Assembly: GCA_951406725.2 (NCBI GenBank)
Contig: OX597832.1
Location: 27,404,001 to 27,468,000 of the forward strand
Length of the DNA stretch: 64,000 nucleotides
DNA from: Octopus vulgaris
Lineage: Eukaryota
Direction of reading: 5' to 3'
The notes beneath the pieces were generated by a model, which saw only the letters and a program-made list of their open reading frames with translations, made no database searches and was not told the DNA's origin. The first letter of the stretch is position 1; each line of letters starts with the position of its first letter. Both the position numbers and the translations under genes were made by a program. Positions 13,340 through 25,839 of the stretch are shown in pieces.

Positions 13340-14319
13340 GGTTGTTGTTGTTGTGGTGGTGTTTCTGGTACTAATATCGTTCTGGTGCTGGAGGTGGTAT
13401 CTGTACTGTTATGGTGTTGATGTTGTGGCTCTTATAGTCTAACACCAGCTTAACTCTGATTAATCAGACTTCTGTTTAAACAACTCAATCCAAGTCTCAA
13501 CTAATACAACCTTCTTTTAAGCATTGCGTGTCTGAGGCTACATTAATGTATCCTCTCTTTTCAGAACAAAAACGGTGGAACTTGAGGGAGACTTCACTGC
13601 TATTTTATTTGCCAGTCTGGCGACATCGTAGAAGTTCCCTCATGTAATCCATTGTAGTTAATAATGTCGATGCTTTTGCTACGATCAAAGCAGTTATTAT
13701 GCATGGCTTCTTACTATTGCTGTCGGTAATTTTCACTATTTGTCGGTTGATGTGACTGTTGTAAATGAAACAGATATTGCTTTTGTCCGTATTACAGCTT
13801 GATATTATTGTTGTGGCTGTTGTTATTATTACTGCTGCCATGGAATAGGAAAAAAATCTTCATCTGTCGACAATTTTCTACAATGACACATTTCTCAACG
13901 TAAAACAACGCAAAAAGACAACAAACGAAAACAAAGCCGTAATCAGATCAGCTTAATATTGAACCATTTACCAACAATACTACACCTTATACAGACATCA
14001 AATCTCACTGCATTTATCACAAGACGCCATCATTATACCACGTGATTCGCTCGCCCAATTAACGTTGCAGGAAGCTGTCGTCTGCACAATGCCTCGACTG
14101 ATCGTCTGCTCCACAAAGACAATGTCTTCGTTTGCAATCGCTGCCATAACAAAGACTCTAGTCGAGCTTTGTTGTTCCGATATTGCATCTTCACGTTTCT
14201 TTTGTTGCACCTCTTTCAGTTTTACATGCAAGTACTCATACACACACGCATGCACACACCCACACACACACAGAGCCTCTCACACAAAGGCATTCTCAGA
14301 GTCATGTAATTATATTTAA

Positions 14320-14367
<48 letters not shown>

Positions 14368-14970
14368 TGTGTTAGAATGTTTAACTCATTGCAAATGTGC
14401 ATGGATGCATGTTGAAGCATACATGTGTGCTAATACTCATATATGCGTATACACAGACATACATTCATCTATTTATCGATCTATCTATTTAATTAACTCT
14501 CTCTCTCTCCCTCTCTCTCCCTCTCTCTTTCTCTCTCTCTCTCTCACTGTATACATATATATTGAAAGAAAGATATGAATAAGTCGATAGCTAGATCTCA
14601 CCTATATATTGTCCAACATTTTTGCTTTCCCACAAAGCATATATTGTGATAATGATACAGAATAGCATCATTAAAAGCTAGCACGTTTTTGGTCGTTCCA
14701 TAATAATAACAACGATGATAATCCCGCTCTCGGCCTTTAATTAATGATAGTCGAATTGTAATATAAAAAAAAACTGGAGTTATATTTTCTGAGCTGTCTC
14801 GAATATGACAACTGATTCTATCGATATTCTCAGAATATAACGGCCTTAACCATTCCCGGCTAAAACAGACTTATTGTCGATCTCTTGTATGTATTTAATT
14901 TATGTCTGTTTGAAATATTAATCTTTATTTATTTAATTAATTAATTAATTAATTTATCTCTCTATTTCAG

Positions 14971-15041
14971 GTTTATACCTCGACAAAGTGTCATCGCAAT
15001 AGTCAATCAGGTTTTCAGACTAAATGGGATTTATTTTCAAG
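14971..15041 (+). other. Candidate 71-nt internal exon of an unidentified gene
   Basis: Acceptor tttatctctctatttcag|G and donor CAAG|gtaaga in non-repetitive sequence. Two frames are open, and the third encodes MGFIFK from the ATG at 15024. Confidence 0.5.
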
Positions 15042-15461
15042 GTAAGACACTTATTCCTTCAATCTGTGTTTCATTATTATTTTTAATCTGATTTTGTCCG
15101 AAACACGGCTTGAGACCACCGTAGCGTAAGGGACTACAAAGAATGAAAAGGGCCAACATATTCAAAAGATGTTGACAAACAGAAAGCATAAATGAATGAA
15201 TATCTTGAACGAGTCGTAAACAAAAAGATAGAAGTGAGTTCCAGAAAGCAGCGGTTCGAGGACAAAAGCTATTAGACGATTGCTTCCCAACCGCTTTTTA
15301 CCTATGGACCTCTTAAAATCTTATTTTACTCTGGTGGGTCCCCTTAGCCATTTGATGCTTTAAAAAAATCCTGATATATTTTTATGTTTAAATATTATTG
15401 GGAGCTGTAGAAAAAATTGCTAAAGTTCTTTGTGTATTGAAAAAAAGTATAATCAATTTAT

Positions 15462-15540
15462 TCTATTCTTTTAATTGTTTCAGTCATTTGACTGCGGCCA
15501 TACTAGAGCACCGCCTTTTAGTCGAACAAATCGACTCCCA
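15462..15540 (-). mobile_element. 3' tail of SINE family B
   Basis: tttcagtcatttgactgcggccatactagagcaccgcc is the reverse complement of the 47366 tail. Confidence 0.8.
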
Positions 15541-15754
15541 CGATACCGATATGACCAAGGGGGTTGACGTTCCTTTAACCACCAATAGTGCTGGGAAGAG
15601 GGAATTTTCGGCGCACGTACGTGTATGTGTAAGGATTTTCTGAAGAATTGTGAAATAAATGTCAGTGTGGGATGGGAGATGGGGGTAGATAGAGTATGGG
15701 TTACTTGGGGAGGAAAGACGAGAAAGTGGGGAGAATGCTAATGATAGTGAAGAT

Positions 15755-15936
15755 GCGGTGATGATGATGATGACGATGATCATGATCATAATGATGACGA
15801 TAAATTATAGTGACGATGATGATAATAATAGAGGTGATGGTTGTTAGGATGATAGTGGTTGTGGTCATGATGATGGTAGTGATGATGATGATGAGGATGA
15901 TGATAATGATGATGATGGTGGTGGTGGTGGTGGTGG

Positions 15937-15999
<63 letters not shown>

Positions 16000-16131
16000 C
16001 GATGATTATAGTGATGATGATGATAATAATAGAGATGATGGTGGTGAGGATGCTAGTGGTTGTGGTCATGATGATGGTAGTGATGATGATGAGGATGATG
16101 ATAATGATGATGATGGTGGTGGTGGTGGTAG

Positions 16132-16168
<37 letters not shown>

Positions 16169-16175
16169 AATGAGG
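15755..16175. repeat. (GAT)/(GGT) compound microsatellite with ~200-bp higher-order duplication
   Basis: The unit attatagtga.gatgatgataataatagag..tagtggttgtggtcatgatgatggtagtg occurs at about 15804 and about 16006. Confidence 0.9.
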
Positions 16176-16474
16176 AGGAGAATCGTGACGGTAGTGATAG
16201 GTAAATGTCGGTTCCAAAATTACCATTCCAATCGTAAAACAAAAGTAAAATTAAAAACCATGAGATAATTAAGAATGTAGGGTGGAATGAAACTAAGGCG
16301 ACCAAAAATATACGCAAAACAATGGGGAGAGAGAGAGAGAGAAAGAGGGAGAGAGAGGAGGAGGAGGAGGAGGGATGGGGAGAGGGGAAAAGAGAGTAAA
16401 AGATAAAGAGAGGAAGAGAAGAGAAGGAATGTAGACGTAAGAATAGTTTTGTAGGATTGGGCGAGAATTGAAGG

Positions 16475-16522
<48 letters not shown>

Positions 16523-17297
16523 ACATACACGCATATAGGCACTAACATTCAGACATATGCATTCATATATGCAGTATACATATAGATACATCACACACAA
16601 ACATATAGACACACAAACACACACACACACACACACGTTATCATTCAAAGTGTCTTCCTCCACCAATGTGGGTCAAAAAACCAAAATCTAATCACAGAGC
16701 AGCAAAATTCTAAAGATGACGGCAAGTTGAAAATCACCTTTGAAGATTTTACACACGTGATTGTTGTTCGCCGATAGTTCTGCTTTGAATTTCAAACAGA
16801 GAGGAGGTGGGTTCGAGTGGGGCTTCAATGTAAGATATGTGGTACAAGTACAATGTATGTCTTCGCAAAAGAGAAGATGGCGGTGGAAGTTGCTCGAATT
16901 GGAAGAATATGAAGAATATGAAGAAGACTGAATAAGATGAATAAATAAAATAGGTGATTTGATATCGATGAGGACAATATTGATTCGTATTTCCTCCTCC
17001 CCTTCTTTCTTTTGCTGCAAAAGTGTTCAAAATTCAATAACTACAATGGCTGTTAACATGGTCACGTGGTTTTCGGTTTTATCTCGAAGTCGGTTTCCTT
17101 TTGTAAGTTGAAACGCCGCCTACAATTAAGGAAGTGTTGATTAGTTGTATAGACATAATACAGGATGTAGATAGCGACAGGAGAGACGGATGCTGTGTGG
17201 AGATGTCGACTAGGTAGATAGACACAGTGTGCACACGAGGACTGGAAAGACTCAGTTGGTAGAGGATCAAATGATACAAAGGCAAGTGTATAGATAT

Positions 17298-18905
17298 TCT
17301 TTTCTACTCTAGGCACAAGGCCCGGAATTTTGGGGGAGGGGGCCAGTCGATTAGATCGGCCCCAATACGTAACTGGTACTTAATTTATCAAGCTCCAAAG
17401 GATGAAAGGCAAAGTCGACCTCGGCGGAATTTGAACTCAGAACGTAAAATCAGACGAAATACCGCTAAGCATTCTTTCCGGCGTGCTAACGTTTCTTTCT
17501 ACTCTAGGTACAAGGCCGAAATTTTGGAGGAGGGGGCCAGTCGATTAGATCGGCACCAGTACGTAACTGGTACATAATTTATCAAGCCCGAAAGGATGAA
17601 AGGCAAAGTCGACCGCGGCACATTTGAACTGAGAACGTGAAGATAGACAAAATACCAATTTCTTTACTATCCACAAGGGGCTAGACACGGAGAGGACAAA
17701 CGGATTAAGTCGAATAAATCGACCCCAGTGCGTAACTGGTACTTATTTAATCGACCCCGAAAGGATGAAAGGCAAAGTCGACCACGGCGCATTTGAACTG
17801 AGAACGCGAAGACAGACAAGATACCTATTTCTTTATTACCCACAAGGGGCTAAACACAGACGGGACAAACAAGGACAGACATATGTATTAAGTCGATTGC
17901 ATCGACCCCAGTGCGTAACTGGTACTTAATTTATCGACCCCGAAAGGATGAAAGGCAAAGTCGACCTCGGCGGAATTTGAACTCACAACGTAACGCAGAC
18001 GAAATACCGCTAAGCATTTCGCCCGGCGCGCTATCGATTTTGCTAACTAACCGCCTTAATGATAATAATACAAATAACAAATTTTGGCAGACGGCCTTCA
18101 ATTCTGAAGATGGGGCCTAGAGGCTTACATCGACCCAGAACTTCAAAACGTCACTGGTGCTTCATGTTATCGACCCCGAAAGAATGAAAAGAGGTTCGAC
18201 TTCGGCGAGATTTGAACTCAGAACGTAAAGTGCCTGAAGAAATGTCGCTAAATATTTTGACCGATGTCCAAACGATTCTCCTTTCCAATTGCGTTTCTAA
18301 AAATGGTTTCAAGTTTTGGCACAGGGCCTGCAATTTTAGAGGAAGAAGCTGGTCGATTATGCTGACCTCCGATATGAGACTGGTGGATGGAAGTACTCCG
18401 TCGGTTACGACGACGAGGGTTCCGGTTGATCCGAATCAACGGAACAGCCTGCTCGTGAAATTAACGTGTAAGTGGCTGAGCACTCCACAGACACGTGTAC
18501 CCTTAACGTAGTTCTCGGGGATATTCAGCGTGACACAGAGAGTGACAAGGCCGGCCCCTTTGAAATACAGGTACAACAGAAACAGGAAGTAAGAGTGAGA
18601 GAAAGTTGTGGTGAAAGAGTACAGCAGGGATCACCACCCCCTGCCGGAGCCTCGTGGAGCTTTAGGTGTTTTCGCTCAATAAACACTCACAACGCCCGGT
18701 CTGGGAATCGAAACCACGATCCTATGACCGCGAGTCCGCTGCCCTAACCACTGGGCCATTGCGCCTCCACACGAGACTGGTACATATTCTATCGACCCCC
18801 GAAGATGAAAGACAAAATCGACCTCGGCGGAATTTGAACTCAGAACGTTAAAAGATGAAAGAATTCACCGCAAGGCTGTTTGTCCAACACTCAAACGCTT
18901 TCTGT
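17298..18905 (-). mobile_element. Cluster of about six head-to-tail SINE family D copies, the last interrupted by SINE A
   Basis: Repeated ctggtactt..atcgacccc gaaaggatgaaaggcaaagtcgacc.cggc..atttgaact in copies spanning about 17298-17495, 17492-17657, 17658-17825, 17826-18058, 18080-18290 and 18303-18905. Confidence 0.92.
18385..18770 (-). mobile_element. Full-length tRNA-derived SINE family A, nested, with TSD
   Basis: tRNA-like head on minus (ggcgcaatggcccagtggttagggcagcggactcgcggtcataggatcgtggtttcgattccc). TSD a(t/c)gagactggt at 18374-18384 and 18771-18781. Confidence 0.92.
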
Positions 18906-19289
18906 TAAAAGGCACCATTCTCTCTCGAATCCAAAATAAACCAAAATAACTTTTTAAACCAATTCTTTAGAAAGAAAGTCTTTCGAAAAACCAAAAAAAA
19001 AAAAAAAAACGAAAATAAAACAAAAAACAAAACAAAAAGCAGTTGAATAAAAATAAAAAAAAGCAACTAACAAAAATACCGAACAAACTAGAAATGGATG
19101 ACTTGACTTACCATAGAGGAATACGAACAACAACAACAACGACAACAACAACAACAACAACAATATCGACAGCAGGGACAACAACAATAGGAACAAGAAT
19201 AATTCAGACAATAACATCAGAAGTCACAACAGGGACTGCAAGATGTTTCGTTGTTGTTGTTGTTGTTGTTGTCGACGTTGCTTTATGTT

Positions 19290-19900
19290 GATGTGATAGA
19301 AAGAGGAAGTGGTGGTGTCGCTGCTGTCGCTGCTGTCGCTGCTGTTGTTGTTGGTGGTGGTGGGTGGTGGAGGGGTAGATGGCGGATTTGTGAGTAGTGG
19401 TGAGTGATGGGGATGATGGCAGCGGCGGGAGTGGTGGTGGTGATGTTGAATGCAACGATGGCAAAAATGGTCTTGGCGATGATGATGATGATGATGATGA
19501 TGAGGAGGAGGAGGAGGAGGATAATGTCGATGATGGTTGTGGTAGGGGTTCTAATGACGGAGGTGGTGTTCGAGATAGAAGTGATGGTGGCAGTGGTGGC
19601 CATGGTGGTTGTAGTGGTGGCCATGGTGGTGGTGGTGGTGGTGCAGAGTTGCTGCTGGCGTTGTTGGCGGTGGTGGTGGTGGTGGTGGTGGTGGTATTGG
19701 TGGAGGTGGTGGTTGGGGGTAGTAGTATTGGTATTGGTGGTGGTGGTGATGGTATTGGTGGTATTGGAGGTGGTGATGATGGTGGTGGTGGTAGTATTGG
19801 TGGTGGTGGTGGTGGTGGTGGAGTGTGTGGTAGGATTGACGGTGGTTAGTGATTACTTGTAGTTAGGGTGGAGATGCTGGTGGTGGTGGTGCTGGTGGTG
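19290..19900. repeat. (GGT)/(GAT)-rich low-complexity tract
   Basis: Direct reading. Confidence 0.9.
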
Positions 19901-20034
19901 ATGTGTCGGTGTTATTGTTAAAATGTAAATGTAATGTAGGTTGAATAATGTTGACTTTTTGATGTGAAAAGATGAAAGACCGACTCTTGATATAGATTCC
20001 ATTGTATTTCACACACACACAAACACACACACAC

Positions 20035-20112
<78 letters not shown>

Positions 20113-20303
20113 GCACACACACGCACACACACGCACTCACTCACACAAATACACACACGCACACACACACACACACACATATGGGAGTAGATATTTGCAT
20201 ACAGAAACATACGCATATATATATATATATATATATGGTGTATATATATATGTATAAGTGTGTATATATATATATATATGGTGTATGGTGTATATATGTA
20301 TAA

Positions 20304-20341
<38 letters not shown>

Positions 20342-21117
20342 GTGTTTGTGTTTATGTGTGTGTGAGTATTTGTGTGTGTGTGTGTGTGTACAACGTACAT
20401 TATTACGCACACACACGTATGAAGACAGTGCAATCTATTTATGAATCTCCGCGAGTGTGTGGGTGTATAAAAGCGATATCCGTGGAGATCCTGTTCAACC
20501 TGTGTCATCATATATCACCTACGAGAAGAGATCGATGACGGTGACGACGACGACGGCGGCGACGACGACGACGACGGCGACAATGGAATTATGTCAGCTT
20601 AGAAGGTCTTTGAAGGAGAGATGTGAAAACCGCAAATACTCTGGATATATACTCAACACCTACCAACATCAACATCACCATCATCAACATCACCATCATC
20701 ATCATCATCTTCATCATCATCATCAGCAGCAGCAGCATCGTCATCAAAGTACATTCCTCTCTCATTCCCAAATGTGATTTCTCTATTCCACTTTATAAAA
20801 AAACACATACTGTTACAAGGTGTGTGTGTGTGTGTGTCTGTGTTTGTAAATACCCACATGCATACTCACATAACATAAATACACACACACATACATAGAA
20901 AGATACACACATATATACATGCATAAATATATATATAAATATGTATATATATATATATATATTATATGTACATATATATATAAATATTATATATTATATA
21001 TAATATATTATATATTATATATATCAATATTATATATCATATATATATGTATATATATATATATAAATATTATATATTATATATAATATATTATATATAT
21101 ATATATCAATATTATAT

Positions 21118-21184
<67 letters not shown>

Positions 21185-21357
21185 ATAAATATTAGGGAAT
21201 AAATCCAAATTTACAGGGAAAAAAATCAGATTTAGGATTAAATCCAATTTTATATAAAATATTATAAAATATTATTAGAAACAAAACCATATTTTGCAAA
21301 ACAAACAAGGAAAGACTTAATCAATACATAAAATTTTAATAAATAGTCAAAAAACCG

Positions 21358-21400
21358 CCACTACAATCGTTTCTTGTCTTGATCGACAATCTTCAGGTGG
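21358..21400 (-). ncRNA. Type-I hammerhead ribozyme (family 2), fully canonical core
   Basis: Minus strand: CCAC-CTGAAGA-TTGTC(gatcaa)GACAA-GAAA-C(gatt)G-TA-GTGG. All three stems pair and the triplet is GUA. Confidence 0.85.
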
Positions 21401-21471
21401 ACTTCAATCTAAAATATCAATATTTTAAAATATACAAATAAATTATATATATCAATATTGTATATCATATA

Positions 21472-21543
<72 letters not shown>

Positions 21544-22338
21544 TAGGTAGGTATGTAGATTGATAGATACATAGATAGCTAGATAGGTGTATGGATACAG
21601 GATGTCACCAACAGTGCAAATAACATGAAATACGTGAACGAGGGGAAAAATGAGTGAAATACGTAAACAATGAGAAAAAAATGGAGAACATGGCAAGTAA
21701 ACAGAGAGAAAGGGCCCTTCATCGGTTGTCGGCTGTCTAATCTACTCCTCATTTCGAGCATTCAACGACAATATGAGTCTTCAAAGACAGTTGCTCCCAT
21801 AAATTCTAAAATAAAATTTAGGATTTATGGAGGGTTAAAATTGGGAACAAACAAAAGACTATGGAGATATACAAGGAAACGGAACGAAAACAAACACGGA
21901 GCCTCGTTTGACCAGAACGAGAGGAAAATAGTTAACGGTGGGAGAAACATTTTCTTTGGAAAAGAGAAAAGATAGAAGATAGAGAGAAAAAACACGTCCG
22001 TTCTTTTAAACGTTCGTGCAAGGAAAGAAAGATGGTCAACTGCAGAAGAGAAGGATGGACGATGGTCACGAGTGAGCAATGAGAGAGGGGAGAAAAAGAG
22101 AAAGGGGGTGGGAGAGACAGATAGAAAACGGTGAAGGAGGGGGAGGGCAAAAAGAGAATTAGAGAAGGTTCGAGGAAGAAAACATTATAGAGAGTCGCAT
22201 TGAAAAGGTGACTATTCGTCAATGTATTTGTATATCTCTCTATTTATCTAATTTATTTTACTCAGACACATATTCGCTTATTAAAATAGTATAGGGGCAT
22301 TGCTTATTCACCCGCTAATCGAATTAATAGTTTATAAT

Positions 22339-22724
22339 GGAAGCACTCCGTCGGTTACGACGACGAGGGTTCCGGTTGATCCGAATCAACGGAACAGCCT
22401 GCTCGTGAAATTAACGTGTAAGTGGCTGAGCACTCCACAGACACGTGTACCCTTAACGTAGTTCTCGGGGATATTCAGCGTGACACAGAGAGTGACAAGG
22501 CCGGCCCTTTGAAATACAGGTACAACAGAAACAGGAAGTAAGAGTGAGAGAAAGTTGTGGTGAAAGAGTACAGCAGGGATCACTACCATCCCCTGCCGGA
22601 GCCTCGTGGAGCTTTTTATGTGTTTTCGCTCAATAAACACTCACAACGCCCGGTCTGGGAATCGAAACCGCGATCCTATGACCGCGAGTTCGCTGCCCTA
22701 ACCACTGGGCCATTGCGCCTCCAC
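22339..22724 (-). mobile_element. Full-length SINE family A with 13-bp TSD
   Basis: Nearly identical to 18385-18770. TSD aatagtttataat at 22326-22338 and 22725-22737. Confidence 0.93.
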
Positions 22725-22865
22725 AATAGTTTATAATACCTGTTTAGCAATAAGCTATTACTATAAACGATGAGTTGGGCATAAAGACTGGAACTGAAGA
22801 GGAAATGAGATAAGACATGGAACAGTGTAATGGTAAACGGGAACTGGGAATAACTCCCACTTACC

Positions 22866-23092
22866 CGAGCTGGCAGAAACGTTAGCACGCCGGGCGAAAT
22901 GCTTAGCGGTATTTCGTCTGCGTTACGTTGTGAGTTCAAATTCCGCCGAGGTCGACTTTGCCTTTCATCCTTTCGGGGTCGATAAATTAAGTACCAGTTA
23001 CGCACTGGGGTCGATGTAATCGACTTAATACCTATGTCCGTCCTTGTTTGTCCCTTCTGTGTTTAGCCCCTTGTGGGTAGTAAAGAAATAGG
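22866..23092 (+). mobile_element. Near full-length SINE family D
   Basis: gagctggcagaaacgttagcacgccgggcgaaatgcttagcggtatttcg..gagttcaaattcc..ccccttgtgggtagtaaagaaatagg. Confidence 0.92.
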
Positions 23093-23474
23093 TATTACTG
23101 GTCAATTCATTTATTTTACTCAGATGCGTATTTGCTTGTTAAAATAATACAAGGACATTCTTTATTCACCCACTATTCGTATTAATAGTTTTTAATACTC
23201 ATTTTTAGCAATAAACTATTACCATAGATGGTTAATGAAATATTTAATGGCTTAATTACGCCTAACTGATTATAAAAATTATACATTGACTTAGGATTGG
23301 GGATAGGACGTGAAACAGTGTAATGGGAACAGGAACTGGAAATAACCCTCGCTTTTCCGGGTATTACTGGGTAATTCATCTAGTATATATATATACACAC
23401 ACATTATATACATACACATATGTACATACATACATACATACATACATACATACATACATAGATACATACATACG

Positions 23475-23582
<108 letters not shown>

Positions 23583-23734
23583 TGTATGTGTGTGTATGTG
23601 TGTGTGTATGTGTATATATATATATATATCTATATATATATATATACACACACACATACGTCATATTATGTATTTCGAAGCACACACACACATAACACAC
23701 ATATTAGTTCAGTGTGTGTCTATATATAATATAA

Positions 23735-24109
23735 TGGAGCCGCAATGGCCCAGTGGTTAGGGCAGCGGAGTCGCGTTCGTAGGATCGCAGTTTCGATTCC
23801 AAGACTGGGTGTTATGAGTGTTTATTGAGCGAAAACATCTAAAGCTCCACAAGGCTCCAGTGGTGGCGAAACCTGCTGTACTCTCTCACCACAACTTTCT
23901 CTCATTCTTTCTTCCTGTTTCTGTTGTACCTGTATTTTCAAAGGGTCACCTTTGTCACACTCTGCATCACGCTGAATCTCCCCCGAGAACTACGTTAAGG
24001 GTACCCGCGTCAGTGGAGTGCTCAGCCACTTGCACGTTAATTTCGCGAGCAGGCTGTTCCGTTGATCGGATCAACTGGAACCCGCGTCGTCGAAACCGAC
24101 GGAGGAGTA
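23735..24109 (+). mobile_element. Full-length SINE family A (older copy)
   Basis: tggagccgcaatggcccagtggttagggcagcgg..cgtcgtcgaaaccgacggag. Confidence 0.9.
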
Positions 24110-24595
24110 TCACGAAAATATAAGATAATATAATATAGTACAGATGAATGCGCGTGCGCGTGTATCTCTGTTGATGCGTGTGTGTCTGTGTGTCTGTGAA
24201 TTCATACCAACCGTCAAAGGCCAAAGGTCAAAAACAGTCTTTTTTATCTTCTTTTTTATATTCTTCATTCAGTCCTGTTCCCATTGACTGGAAATATTCT
24301 TTGAAATAAGAATTCTGTTTATAGATATTGGTAGATTCTAAATATATACTCATATGTGTGTGTGGGGGAGGAGGTATAGGAAGTTGTCTTTGTGTGTGTG
24401 TGTGTATGTGTGTGTGAGCGTGATTATGTATTGTATATGCATACAAACACGTATACATACATACATATATACATACATATCTAAATATACATACATACAC
24501 ATCTATATATATATTCATAAAAGAATATTCTTGTGTAACGTATGTAAGAGATGTATATATATAAACGTATATTTCTATTTTTAACTATACATATG

Positions 24596-24641
<46 letters not shown>

Positions 24642-25632
24642 TGTATGTATGTATGTATACACACACTTACACACATATATAGATGTATGTGTACAAAAAG
24701 TTACGTATTCATATACACATATACATACATGTATATATTTAAGAATAAAATGATTTTGGTAGTATGTGTATACACACATACACACATACAGATGGCAACT
24801 TTCAAAGAATTTCTTTTTTACTGACGCTAGCAAGAATAAAAATAAAACCATTTGAATGGAATTTCTTTTTGAATGTCAACAGAATGGATTGGAATTCATA
24901 GAAGACAGAACTAGCGATAGATAGCATAGAATTAACGGAATGGTAACATTGTACAATAAGAGAACCAATACCAGGAACAGTAACAGAATCAATATCGACT
25001 CCTATCTTAGGCACAAGAGCACCTATTTTTGGAAAGGTTTTCATTGATGATATCAACCCCCACTACAGCACTGGTATTTATTTAATCGCCTCCCCCAAAG
25101 ACGACCTTGGTGGGAATTAAACCCAGATTGGTGCGTATGAGGGCGCAACTAAACGCCATATTGATTTTTAATCCGAAACTTCTCTTTTTTTCTGTTTAAC
25201 TCCCTTCATTTTTTTAGATAATATTTTCTACCTTAAAAGAAGGCCAGAAGTTTTAGGACAAAGATTATTCGATTATAAAGACCTCCATTTAAATGACTAG
25301 TACTATATCTCATCGAGACGTGTGAGATTTATACCTACATACATACATACATACATACATACATACATACATACATACATACATACATACATACATACAT
25401 GCATGCATGCATGCATACATACATACATACATACATACATACAAAACTACCCTGTTTGATGTTGAAATTCCAATGAAGGAGCCTTGAATCTAGGTTAGAA
25501 ACCGACTCTTCTATAGGTAAGAAATCTTGAAATAAAACTGAACAATGACACACACACACACACACACATATATATACACAAGGCGTATGTGTATCAATAT
25601 TTCAGATGTGACTGGAAGGTGAGCGAATAAAA

Positions 25633-25839
25633 TGGTTTCCAATTTTGGCACAAGGCCAGCAATTTCAGGGAAAGGGTTAAGCTGATTACATCGACCCCAC
25701 TGCTCAGCTGGTACTTATTTCATCGACCTCGAAAAGTTGACAGCAAAGTCGACCTCGTCGGAATTTGAACTTAGAACATAAAGACACACAGAACGCTGCT
25801 ATTTTCTCCGGTGTGCTAACGATTCTGTCAGTCCACCGC
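25633..25839 (-). mobile_element. SINE family D, diverged
   Basis: ggcacaaggccagcaatttc..catcgacccc..ctggtacttatttcatcgacc..aaagtcgacctcgtcggaatttgaac. Confidence 0.85.

Larger units (their letters stand above)
22250..23383 (+). repeat. Old tandem duplication of a ~270-bp unit ending in CTAGT (Helitron-like); first copy split by two SINEs
   Basis: atttattttactcaga..ttattcaccc.cta..ttaatagttt..tttagcaataa.ctatta..aacagtgtaatgg..gaactgg.aataac..gtattactgg..aattca occurs at 22253-23109 (interrupted) and 23109-23383. Confidence 0.75.

Noticed and set aside
16795-16921. Short + strand frame containing CKIC
   Set aside because: Single CxxC, no partner ligands, early stop and no clear splice sites.
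17911-18120. ORF MRNWYLIYRPRKDERQSRPRRNLNSQR repeated at 22676-23005
   Set aside because: Antisense translation of SINE D, not a gene family.
17298-18260. Regularly spaced repeats resembling a CRISPR array
   Set aside because: Units are 160-230-bp SINE copies with homologous rather than unique spacers, in eukaryotic context with no cas genes.
18690-18770. tRNA-like sequences at SINE heads (also 22645-22724, 23735-23810, 50425-50497, 59600-59673)
   Set aside because: They continue into SINE bodies and lack a proper acceptor stem, so they are not tRNA genes.
19397-19849. Gly/Asp-rich ORF resembling a structural protein
   Set aside because: Degenerate GGT/GAT microsatellite with no splice or start context.
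21732-21790. Minus-strand ctgtct-TTGAAGA..GAAA..agacag
   Set aside because: Core C3 is altered and stems II and III cannot be paired consistently. Probably part of a repeat, but not supportable as a ribozyme.
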